64,000 nucleotides of DNA, from positions 36,871 through 100,870 of IMG/VR virus record IMGVR_UViG_3300037440_000315; one strand, 5' to 3'. The notes under the pieces are model-generated. The model did no database searches and had not been told where the DNA came from. It worked only from the letters and a program-made list of their open reading frames with translations. Below, piece by piece: positions 35,967 to 44,240 of this stretch. The translations under genes were made by a program, and so were the position numbers. Origin of the DNA: a virus (taxonomy: Duplodnaviria; Caudoviricetes). Positions within the stretch are counted from its first letter, which is position 1. Every line of letters begins with the position of its first letter.

Positions 35967-38214
35967 TAGCCTCTAGAGCATCAAGATTTTTAATCTGGCC
36001 AAGCTTTCGATCCTCTGGCTGGCCAGCTACTCGCTTAGCCTCCCGCAGCACCTCTCCCCTGATACTCTGCCACCGTTCCTTGTTCTCTGGTGACAACTCA
36101 CTAACCGGCGGATGCGTGCCCGCCAATTTGTGGGCGACCTTGTTCCAAAGGCTGATAATGTCGTTTCGGTATTTGTGAGGCTTTTTTCTGGACTTTGCAG
36201 AAGGATCTGCGGAAGGGCCGGCTGCTGTCTCATAGCCCGCCGGCGGCTGCCAACCACCTTGGTCGATAGCAGTCCTTACGAACTCGACCCGGCGCTTCAG
36301 CGTCAACCGTTCCAAAACGAAGCGATGCCCTGGAACCTCAGTGAGGTAGGCTTTGACGAGTTCGAACTCAACCCGCTCAACCTTATCCAGCTGCTCAGTA
36401 ATTGCATCGACTTCACTCTCGATAAACGGCATATCCACTTGGTCGCCGACATCGAGTGAGCGATACTCGGACGGCACGCGCATCTCACCAGCAACCTCGA
36501 CCTCGGTTGCCCCCTCCTTCATGGGATTGCCGCCACTATTGGTCACTATTCTCTCGAATAGATCCGTGGATATCGGATCACCCGGGGCAATGAGAACAGC
36601 TGGAATCTCGTCGAAGGGGGTTGTCGGTCTCAGCCACGTTTGAGCCGTCATGCCAGGCGCGCGCACTGTGGATAGATCCAGTTCCACCTTGACGACTGGA
36701 CAGTCGAACCCAACGCGGCCACGATTTTTCAGGATCAATACGTCATAGTCGTCGTCACGGAATGCAAGCAGAGATTCGGCCGACGCATCTGCAGTGTTAT
36801 TGGTAAGGATCCGTGATTTTAGATGAGGGGCAACCACTTTGAGACGTGCCTGTATCTGGCGCGCATGCTCATCTTCGGATCGCCCGCTGCCATCAGCCAT
36901 GCTGTAGACAAGCGCCTTTATATGATCGTTTACCTCCCTCTTTTCCTCCAGCCAAAAGTCCAACTTGCAGCACGCGATATCGATCACTTCCGAGTGCAAT
37001 AGATAGGCCGGCATAACCTTCCTAGCCGTCTCCTTGTCAACGTCTGCGAGGCTCTCATTATCAAGAACTACGTTCCCGTTGACCCGTAGCGTAACCTTGT
37101 GGGCGATCGGATCATGAGAGATCGGGCAAAGCCGTCCAATGTCGAATCCACGACGGATGGGTGTTATAAAATCCTCTCCTCCTATTGGCTCCATGTTGAA
37201 CGAGAGCATCTTCCCCCTAATGCGCAGCTTTTCGTATACTGGCACTCCATCAGGGTCCACGCGGATGAACTTCCCGCGCCCGACCGTCTCAAGCCTGCTT
37301 GAACTCTCGTTGACCCTCTCAAAGCCTGGGATCAATTTGCCATCAGATCTGAACGGGAAACCTGAAAGCGTGTTAAGGATGACGTTGGCCTCGGCCTGCA
37401 ATCGCCTCAAGACGACGTCCCAATCCTTGCTTTCATCCTCTGTGCCGCCAGCCTCATTGATGCCGTAGTCCTGCGCCTCATCTAGGTGAATGAGGATGGG
37501 CAGACCGGTCTTGTGGTTAACCGATTGTGCCCACTGAATTACCTTGTCGATGTTGCGGCATAGCGTCTGGATCGACGTGCTCAGGAGATATTCATTATTC
37601 GGCCAAGGGTCATCTGGCCATTCTCCGACTCCAGGCTTGCCACCGAGGCTCACTTTGACATGAGCGAGGCCGAGCGGTGGATTGCGTGGCGCAGTGGTAT
37701 TGAGACGACCAAAATCTTCATCCCACCTCGCGTCTTCAACAATTTGGATGCGTAGATCGGATCGATTGTTGATGGCAAGACCAACAGCAACAAAGCCCTG
37801 TTCGACCGCGTCCACAGTCAGCATCCTAATAAACATCGATTTACCTGCGCGAATATGCAGGTAGTGCCCAATCTCTTGTTTCGTCCGATCCGTCCATTCT
37901 GCTTTCCTGATACAGTTCATAGCGGCACGGTGATGCCGTCTTTGATCTGGTGTGTATCCATCCCAGTTCGGATCGAACTTCCTAAAACGCTTCAATGCAT
38001 CAGACATACTACTATTTCCCTTTCCTAGATTACATCTCGGGCACAATGCCTGCATTTCATAAACATTAGTTCGCCCAGTTTCCTTGAATGCTTCAATGTG
38101 GTCGGCGTGCCAGTCAGACGGGTCAAGTTTGACATTGCATATTTCACAACGACCACCAGATCGTCGCCAAAGCAGGTCTCTTTCCCAGTTCTTTAGTTTT
38201 CGTCTATTTTGCAT
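35923..38214 (-). CDS. HNH endonuclease fused to a divergent SF2 (ResIII-like) helicase
   Basis: CEIC...HADH...LCPRCN.KG HNH; RAGKS, LDEAQ, SGFPFRSD, GFDCP helicase-like motifs. Confidence 0.75.
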   Translation of the reverse strand: MQNRRKLKNWERDLLWRRSGGRCEICNVKLDPSDWHADHIEAFKETGRTNVYEMQALCPRCNLGKGNSSMSDALKRFRKFDPNWDGYTPDQRRHHRAAMNCIRKAEWTDRTKQEIGHYLHIRAGKSMFIRMLTVDAVEQGFVAVGLAINNRSDLRIQIVEDARWDEDFGRLNTTAPRNPPLGLAHVKVSLGGKPGVGEWPDDPWPNNEYLLSTSIQTLCRNIDKVIQWAQSVNHKTGLPILIHLDEAQDYGINEAGGTEDESKDWDVVLRRLQAEANVILNTLSGFPFRSDGKLIPGFERVNESSSRLETVGRGKFIRVDPDGVPVYEKLRIRGKMLSFNMEPIGGEDFITPIRRGFDIGRLCPISHDPIAHKVTLRVNGNVVLDNESLADVDKETARKVMPAYLLHSEVIDIACCKLDFWLEEKREVNDHIKALVYSMADGSGRSEDEHARQIQARLKVVAPHLKSRILTNNTADASAESLLAFRDDDYDVLILKNRGRVGFDCPVVKVELDLSTVRAPGMTAQTWLRPTTPFDEIPAVLIAPGDPISTDLFERIVTNSGGNPMKEGATEVEVAGEMRVPSEYRSLDVGDQVDMPFIESEVDAITEQLDKVERVEFELVKAYLTEVPGHRFVLERLTLKRRVEFVRTAIDQGGWQPPAGYETAAGPSADPSAKSRKKPHKYRNDIISLWNKVAHKLAGTHPPVSELSPENKERWQSIRGEVLREAKRVAGQPEDRKLGQIKNLDALEAIEKHLEGYLNARAA

Positions 38215-38296
38215 CCGTACTTGCCGTTATCGCGAATTCTGCGCTCTTATTTTGATTATAGCATGGCTAACTGTCGCGTTTCCATGAAAACAAATG

Positions 38297-38887
38297 TCAT
38301 GCTGAGTTTATTTCCACCGAATTCTCTCGATCTACATTGCCTATCAGGCCATTCAACCTGTTGATCTTGTTCTCCAGCGTCCGCTTGACGATCCGGACGC
38401 CGAACCCCTCGCCTTCCGCCAACCGCTTCAAGGCTTCGAACTCCCTGCAGCCATCGGTGCGAATGCGATCGATCTCATTCCGGTTCGGCAAGCGCCGGTT
38501 ATTTGCGATCCATGAATGCAGGGTGATTTGCCAGTTTCCGGCGCAGGCTTCGCGAGCAAATTCGCTCCGGACGAACATCTTGTCCGCAAGATCAAAATCC
38601 GGCTCGTCGTCACGCTTTTCGGACTTCCTGCGAACCGGTCTATTCTGCTTCCACTCGATCCGTCGGCGAGCGTCGGCGCACGCTTTCACGCAGTCCGGCA
38701 ATTCTGGAATGTAGCGATGCGTTGCCGGCGTCGAGATGATCGTATTTGCGCCCTCCTGCAGCACCTCGTCGCTGTAGACATCGAGGCTCCGCGCATAGGT
38801 CGCGATGAAGCCTTCAGGGTCCGGGACATCCGGTACAAGCTTGACGGTAAGAACCGGTTTCAGAAAGAATTTCCGTGAGTTACCCAT
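38297..38887 (-). CDS. Replication-associated hypothetical protein (helicase-loader position)
   Basis: Directly downstream of the initiator gene. Confidence 0.5.
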   Translation of the reverse strand: MGNSRKFFLKPVLTVKLVPDVPDPEGFIATYARSLDVYSDEVLQEGANTIISTPATHRYIPELPDCVKACADARRRIEWKQNRPVRRKSEKRDDEPDFDLADKMFVRSEFAREACAGNWQITLHSWIANNRRLPNRNEIDRIRTDGCREFEALKRLAEGEGFGVRIVKRTLENKINRLNGLIGNVDRENSVEINSA

Positions 38888-39996
38888 TATTCACTCTCCA
38901 ATAACGCCATGACTTCACGCTGCCTTTCCCGATTTTGCTCGGAAAAGCTTTTTGCCCCTGCCTGCGGCGCGTGGCCTTCCAACGCTGGGGATTTCCGTAT
39001 TTTCGACTGCTCGCGCTGCTGCATGTAGCCGAACTCGCGGCGCACGGTTTGCAGTGCCGCGATCGCACCACGCTGCGGATTTACGTTCGTCGCCGCTGTT
39101 GCCAGCCCGCAGCCCAGATCCACCAGCGGGAAGCTGGATTCCAATTCGGATTTGAAATCGCTGTCCACGCACACCGAACCAGTCGGCGTGATCCACACTT
39201 GCCGTTGCGCTCGCGCTTCATGCGGGTTCGTGGCGGCATCCATCTGAGCTTTTGGCGTTTGCCAGCATACCGCAGGCAAGTCGTGGATATGCCCCGGCGG
39301 CTCTGGTGGCGGTCCAGCGGCGACTGGTGTGGTGGCCGCCAATCCAGCCGCGATGGCTGAGGCAAACTTGCGACCCGTCCCGGCCCCCTCACGCACGCGC
39401 GCATTGGGGTTTGTTATATCTTTCCTTTGTATATCTCTTTTATTTGTATGGTGCGGATTTGCCGTAAGTGGCTTAGCCGTGTCCGGGTTTTCAGGAAGTG
39501 GCTGACCACTTACTGGTTTCCCGGAAGTGGCTTGCTGATAGTCCACTTCCTGAATTTCAACCACTTCCGGCTTTCTAGGAAATGGCACGACCACTTCCGG
39601 GTTTTCAGGAAGTGGGTTTTCAAGAGCGTAGAGTTCGGCAGCGGCGCGGCCGATCAGTAAATCAGGATCGTCCGTCACAACATACTCATGCTTGCGGAAT
39701 GCCCCATCCTCACGGCGTTCCTTGCGCGTCGTGGCGTAGCCGTGGCTTTCCAACTCACGCATGATGCGGTATACTTTGTCGCGTCCTGCTGGACCGGACT
39801 TGACGATGGCAACAACCGTGACCTCCCAATCATCCGGACGGCTTAGCAGTTCAGCCAGAAGTCCGCGGGCTTCGTAGCTAAGTCGACTGTCTTGCAGGAA
39901 GGAGTTCGCAAGCTTCGTGTATTCCGTTTCCGGGTTGGATCGGTAAATGTTCTGATTGCGAAGGCTATTATGCCCCTGCCCGATCTCAGCCATCAC
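38887..39996 (-). CDS. Phage replication initiator protein (HTH)
   Basis: YT...N..LQD.RLS..ARGLLA.LLS.PDDW winged-helix N-terminus; internal iterons. Confidence 0.8.
   Translation of the reverse strand: MMAEIGQGHNSLRNQNIYRSNPETEYTKLANSFLQDSRLSYEARGLLAELLSRPDDWEVTVVAIVKSGPAGRDKVYRIMRELESHGYATTRKERREDGAFRKHEYVVTDDPDLLIGRAAAELYALENPLPENPEVVVPFPRKPEVVEIQEVDYQQATSGKPVSGQPLPENPDTAKPLTANPHHTNKRDIQRKDITNPNARVREGAGTGRKFASAIAAGLAATTPVAAGPPPEPPGHIHDLPAVCWQTPKAQMDAATNPHEARAQRQVWITPTGSVCVDSDFKSELESSFPLVDLGCGLATAATNVNPQRGAIAALQTVRREFGYMQQREQSKIRKSPALEGHAPQAGAKSFSEQNRERQREVMALLESE
39477..39615. repeat. Iterons / putative replication origin within the initiator gene
   Basis: CCACTTCC-N9-GGAAGTGG inverted-repeat units (some degenerate) at 39477, 39506, 39561 and 39591, plus a half site at 39543. 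Confidence 0.75.
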
Positions 39997-40406
39997 TCAC
40001 CTCCTTTCGCACGCTTGATAGCGGAGCGGAGAGCGTCGAGCGCTTCAGCGAGTTCGTTGGCATGTTCCGTGCGGTCAGTGCCCTTGCACATCGCTTCGAA
40101 GTTGCTAAGCTGGATTTCAGATCGTTCCGCCGCTTCGACAAGCTCTGTCACCCCAAGCGAAGCCAGGACAATCTTCGCGGGAAGCCTTACTGCGGCCTCG
40201 ATTTCTCCGACCTTGCCGGAAAGCTCTTCAGGGACAGGATCGATATGCACGCCGATGAAAACGAAATTTTCGCTGTCATCGTTCAGGACGGCCGGACACT
40301 CTCCAGTCGGACATCTGTGTTCCGCAGGCGTCAGATCGGTGTAGACAGCAGGGCATGCGCCAATACTGCAACGGAAGTTCTCAGGCGTGATGTTGGTGAG
40401 TTTCAT
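39993..40406 (-). CDS. Hypothetical protein
   Basis: Duplicated TP...RC..G.CPAV motif. Confidence 0.55.
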   Translation of the reverse strand: MKLTNITPENFRCSIGACPAVYTDLTPAEHRCPTGECPAVLNDDSENFVFIGVHIDPVPEELSGKVGEIEAAVRLPAKIVLASLGVTELVEAAERSEIQLSNFEAMCKGTDRTEHANELAEALDALRSAIKRAKGGE

Positions 40407-40828
40407 GCTGCACCTCCCACCGGAGCGAAAGGCTTGCTGCTCGATACAGATGGGATAGCGGCTGTAACGCGCTCAGGAAGCGCTACAGCGCCAAACTCGG
40501 TGACGGCGGCATGAGCCATCAGATCGTAAGAACTGCCCCTGTACGCCCCTATTTGGAGCTTGAAGAGGCGGAAGAGATAAATGGCGTGGTCGGCGTCGTA
40601 GACTTGATCCAGCCAGTCACGGATGATGGTGCGGCGGTTGTCGCGCGCGGTCGGCGCGGCGTTGAGCTTCGCCTGCCATGCTGATGTGCTCCGGCGCTCG
40701 TAGGCGTCAGAATCCACGATGGTGGCGTCGAGCGTGATGTCATCGAGGATAGTGATGTTGACAGCGTCAAGATTGGTCTTAATATTGCCTTGAACGTCAT
40801 GCTCAATGGCGCTATATGGTGTAGACAT
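40403..40828 (-). CDS. Hypothetical protein
   Basis: ORF with RBS, ATGA coupling. Confidence 0.55.
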   Translation of the reverse strand: MSTPYSAIEHDVQGNIKTNLDAVNITILDDITLDATIVDSDAYERRSTSAWQAKLNAAPTARDNRRTIIRDWLDQVYDADHAIYLFRLFKLQIGAYRGSSYDLMAHAAVTEFGAVALPERVTAAIPSVSSSKPFAPVGGAA

Positions 40829-40992
40829 AGTGTTCTGGCCTCATCTTCTTGAGGTTTGTGTTAATTCCTGCGTCGCTGAAAACTGATCTGGCGGATCACG
40901 TCTTCAGCCTTTGGCTTGGTCAGCCCTGAAAGACTCAACTCAACAAACAGTTTCTCGGCTTGCCCCTGTGTAGCGACAGGGGCACCGAACAC

Positions 40993-42324
40993 TTACGCTG
41001 CTTTCCTTTTCGCGATTGGCTGCGCAATGACAGCGCCATACACGACGCCCTTGCTGTTGCGCGCCCTGTCTACAAATTCACCGATGAATCTCCCGAAATG
41101 CGATCTGCCTACAGCGTGGTGATTGCTGTCACGGCACCATCTGCGGAAGTCCGTGTAGATGACATCGCCCGGCGTGCCGCCAGCCTTCCAGCCGCCTTTT
41201 GACGTTAGGTTGATCTCCGCTGACGGCACTGCTGTATCCAGCCGCTCATCGACGTAAGCGCTGACGAGAGCACGGTTTTGCCGGTCGATGATTTCCTTCT
41301 TCCGACGTTTCTCATCCCGCTTGTTGACGGGAGGATCGTAGAGCGTGACGACGTTGTTCTCCGGCTGTACGGTGTCGTCAGGGGCGGAGTCATCCGTCGT
41401 CAGGCTCTCCGGATGACTGCGAGTTGGCCTTGGGTCATTAGGAGGCGTTACAGGCGGCTGTGGTGCTGTTTGCACTACAACGTCATCCTGTAGTGCAGGC
41501 TGGGTGACGACAGCGGGAGCGGCTTCCTGAGGCTTCTGTGCCGTCACAGGCGCGCGGCGCTTTTCCCGCTCGTATCCAACGTAAAGCGAAAGCGCCAGGA
41601 GCATCTGCGTAAAGGCGACGATCATCGCCACGATGATGCCGATCCAGTCGTAAACGGTGCCGCCGAAAATCTTTGACGCCAGGATCGCAGCCGACGCTAT
41701 GTTACGGTTGACCTTGGTTTCGATGTTGGTGGCGGCGCCCCAGACCACGCCTTCAAGATTGCCCGCCTCCGTGGCGGCATGGTATTCTGCCTCCATCGCG
41801 AAAAAGCTGTCACAGAATGCGCGGCTGTCCGGTTGCGTGACATCAGTGCAACTCGCGGTGCGTCCCCATAGCGGGTTCAGCTTCTCCCGCTTGATCAGGG
41901 CTTCAAGCTGACCCGCCGTTCTGACGCCGGCAAGGCTCTCGTAACGCTCCTTGCGCTTATCCGATACGACGGTGCGGGCTTCCCTGACATCGCTCTCCTG
42001 CTGGAAATCGGCGTTGATCTGCTCTATCGTGCTTGACCAGTAAGAGGTTTCCAGAATGGTGTGCACCAGGATGCCACCGATGCCGAGCGTCAGCGCAGCA
42101 AAGCCTGTCAACCACGCGCCGGATTGAAAACTCTGACGGGCATAAACGAGACCGATCGACCCGACGAATGCCGACAGGATGATGATCGTAAACAGCACCG
42201 GCTGATCTGCCGCCAGACTGCGTGACATCATGACGATCAGGCTGAACATGGCGATATAGACGCCGGTCCACACAACGCGCCTGACGGCAAGAGCCAGATT
42301 GAAATCCTTGAAAAACGACAGCAT
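40993..42324 (-). CDS. Multi-pass membrane protein with coiled coil and C-terminal winged-helix-like domain
   Basis: Three N-terminal hydrophobic helices, a later TM segment, Pro-rich linker, IY.DF..WC.......GRSHFGRFI. Confidence 0.6.
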   Translation of the reverse strand: MLSFFKDFNLALAVRRVVWTGVYIAMFSLIVMMSRSLAADQPVLFTIIILSAFVGSIGLVYARQSFQSGAWLTGFAALTLGIGGILVHTILETSYWSSTIEQINADFQQESDVREARTVVSDKRKERYESLAGVRTAGQLEALIKREKLNPLWGRTASCTDVTQPDSRAFCDSFFAMEAEYHAATEAGNLEGVVWGAATNIETKVNRNIASAAILASKIFGGTVYDWIGIIVAMIVAFTQMLLALSLYVGYEREKRRAPVTAQKPQEAAPAVVTQPALQDDVVVQTAPQPPVTPPNDPRPTRSHPESLTTDDSAPDDTVQPENNVVTLYDPPVNKRDEKRRKKEIIDRQNRALVSAYVDERLDTAVPSAEINLTSKGGWKAGGTPGDVIYTDFRRWCRDSNHHAVGRSHFGRFIGEFVDRARNSKGVVYGAVIAQPIAKRKAA

Positions 42325-42600
42325 TTGACATTCCCCGAAAAATTAGAGACACTTGATCGGCTTTTACGCGGGGACAATTGACGCGGGACGCTCACAAGAG
42401 GGGACTACACAGCCGGGGTTGGCCTGCCCGCCAATGACCCGGCTTTCGATTTTTCAGCCGGTTCCTTCACCGCCCGGCAGGATGCTCGCCACTGCATCAC
42501 GATATTCAAGAGCGCCGAAGATTATGGCTGCGAGAACCAAAAGCGCCGCGATCCAGGGCCAGTAGGCTTTGAGGAATTCCGTCATTGCTCATTCTCCTGT

Positions 42601-42888
42601 TCAGGCGGTTTCGGCATCTTGCGATTCTGTTTCAGGCTCAGCGTCGTAAGTCGCCTCAAAGATGTCAGGCTTGCAGGGGTAGAGTTCGCCTTTGACGTCG
42701 CGGATGATCCAGTCGCCAATCATGGCGGTCATCGTTCCTTCGAGCGTCTCGATTTCAATAGCCGCGCCACCATCGACGACCTTGGTTTTCTTGTCGGTGT
42801 CGAGGCGGGCAATTTCCTGAAGGCATTCGATAAGACCGAGCCAATGAACCGCCTCGATCACGACCGGCTTTTTTCTGAATTTCGCCAT
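42601..42888 (-). CDS. Conserved phage protein (KFRKKPVVIEA / PGDYG-like)
   Basis: FRKKPVVIEA, TLEG.M....GDWII..V.GE.YPCKPDIF..TY. Confidence 0.75.
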   Translation of the reverse strand: MAKFRKKPVVIEAVHWLGLIECLQEIARLDTDKKTKVVDGGAAIEIETLEGTMTAMIGDWIIRDVKGELYPCKPDIFEATYDAEPETESQDAETA

Positions 42889-42947
42889 TGCTCATTCTCC
42901 GTGTATGCCCGGCAGCGTATTGAACTGCCGGGCTTGGGTTAGGGGGA

Positions 42948-43595
42948 TTACTGGCGGATCGAAAGCTTGACGCCAGCGCGCAGAGCTTCCGACTGGTCGA
43001 GCAGATCGGAAATATCCGTGCCGTTGGCTTCGATCTTGTGCGGGATGACGTAATCGATGAACGCGCCAAGCGAGGTATTGCCGGTCAGCATCGTGTCGAT
43101 ACCGCCGCCGAGGACGAACGCCTGCACATCGCCGTCAAGGCTTCCGGCATCGGATGACCACTGCTGAAGCTCGTAAGCCGCCTTGCCATAGAGGAAGCTG
43201 GAGTTCGAAACATTGAGACCCGCAATCCAGCCGCCGTGGGCGTACCATTCCTGATAGAGGATATCGGTTCCAAAGAGGTTCGTATCGACGTTTGACCAGC
43301 TACCCTCGACATATGGGCCGGTGCAGAAACTGCCCATGCAGAAGTTGTAACCTGCATGCGCACCGCCGATCAGGCCATCCGCGCCGATGCCATCAAACTG
43401 GTCATCGATATCCAGATTGACGAACTCGCCGCCGACCTGCGCGCCGACGTAGAAACCGGCGAACGGGTTGGACGTCTGCGCCGGAGCCGGTTCATTCAGT
43501 CCATCGAGAAGATCGGACGATCGTGCTGCGGGTGCGGAAAATGCCAAAAATCCTGCCGCGATAAGCGGGATTGTGTTGATTGTGAGACTCTTCAT
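42948..43595 (-). CDS. Outer-membrane beta-barrel protein (Omp25/RopB-like)
   Basis: Signal peptide; F.GFYVG.Q.G, G..GG..AGYN, GGGID..L amphipathic strands. Confidence 0.75.
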   Translation of the reverse strand: MKSLTINTIPLIAAGFLAFSAPAARSSDLLDGLNEPAPAQTSNPFAGFYVGAQVGGEFVNLDIDDQFDGIGADGLIGGAHAGYNFCMGSFCTGPYVEGSWSNVDTNLFGTDILYQEWYAHGGWIAGLNVSNSSFLYGKAAYELQQWSSDAGSLDGDVQAFVLGGGIDTMLTGNTSLGAFIDYVIPHKIEANGTDISDLLDQSEALRAGVKLSIRQ

Positions 43596-43625
43596 GTGTA
43601 TAATCCTGTTTGTGAAGTGATTGGA

Positions 43626-44240
43626 TTAGGTCTGTGGTTTTTGAGCACCACAAAGCTCAACCTCTCTGGCAGGAGAGGATTTCCTTAGCCTCTGAAGTTT
43701 GCGTATGTCCTTGAGGGTGTATTTACTGACTGGCGTCGTCAGCGCTTCGGTTGGCGACCAGCCTCTTTTGAGGCGCGCACTGACCGTATTGAAATCGATG
43801 GAATACTCTGCGCACCAATCCGTTAGCACCTGCGTTCTGTCGTGCATTGTAATGCGAATGTTAGAGCGTCTGTTTCGGTTCTGAGTTGGCGCAGTTGCCC
43901 AGATGCAATTGCTTGGCTCATAGTCTCCATCATTGTCCTTGCGTTCGATTGAGTGCCCTATCGGGCGATCCCCCATATCTCGCTCGAACGCCTCAAATGA
44001 ATTCGCCCAGCGTTCGCAAACGGTGATTCCGCGCCCGCCATAGTCGGGATAGGAAGCGTTCGCTTCATTGAGGCATCTGCGCTTTATGCCGAGCCAGCAA
44101 AGGTAAAGTGGTGAGTAATTGGTTGTTTTCTTCGGCTCGGTAAGGCCTGCTGGCTTAGCGCAGATTGGGCACGGAAGCACCTTCCCATACTGAAGACGCC
44201 TGTAAAAAGTCCCACATTCGTTGCAGGTAACGTGCCTCAT
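43626..44240 (-). CDS. HNH-type homing endonuclease
   Basis: W..IK.RC.N, YGGRGI.VCERW, SIER.DNDGDYEP.NC.WAT. Confidence 0.85.
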   Translation of the reverse strand: MRHVTCNECGTFYRRLQYGKVLPCPICAKPAGLTEPKKTTNYSPLYLCWLGIKRRCLNEANASYPDYGGRGITVCERWANSFEAFERDMGDRPIGHSIERKDNDGDYEPSNCIWATAPTQNRNRRSNIRITMHDRTQVLTDWCAEYSIDFNTVSARLKRGWSPTEALTTPVSKYTLKDIRKLQRLRKSSPAREVELCGAQKPQT

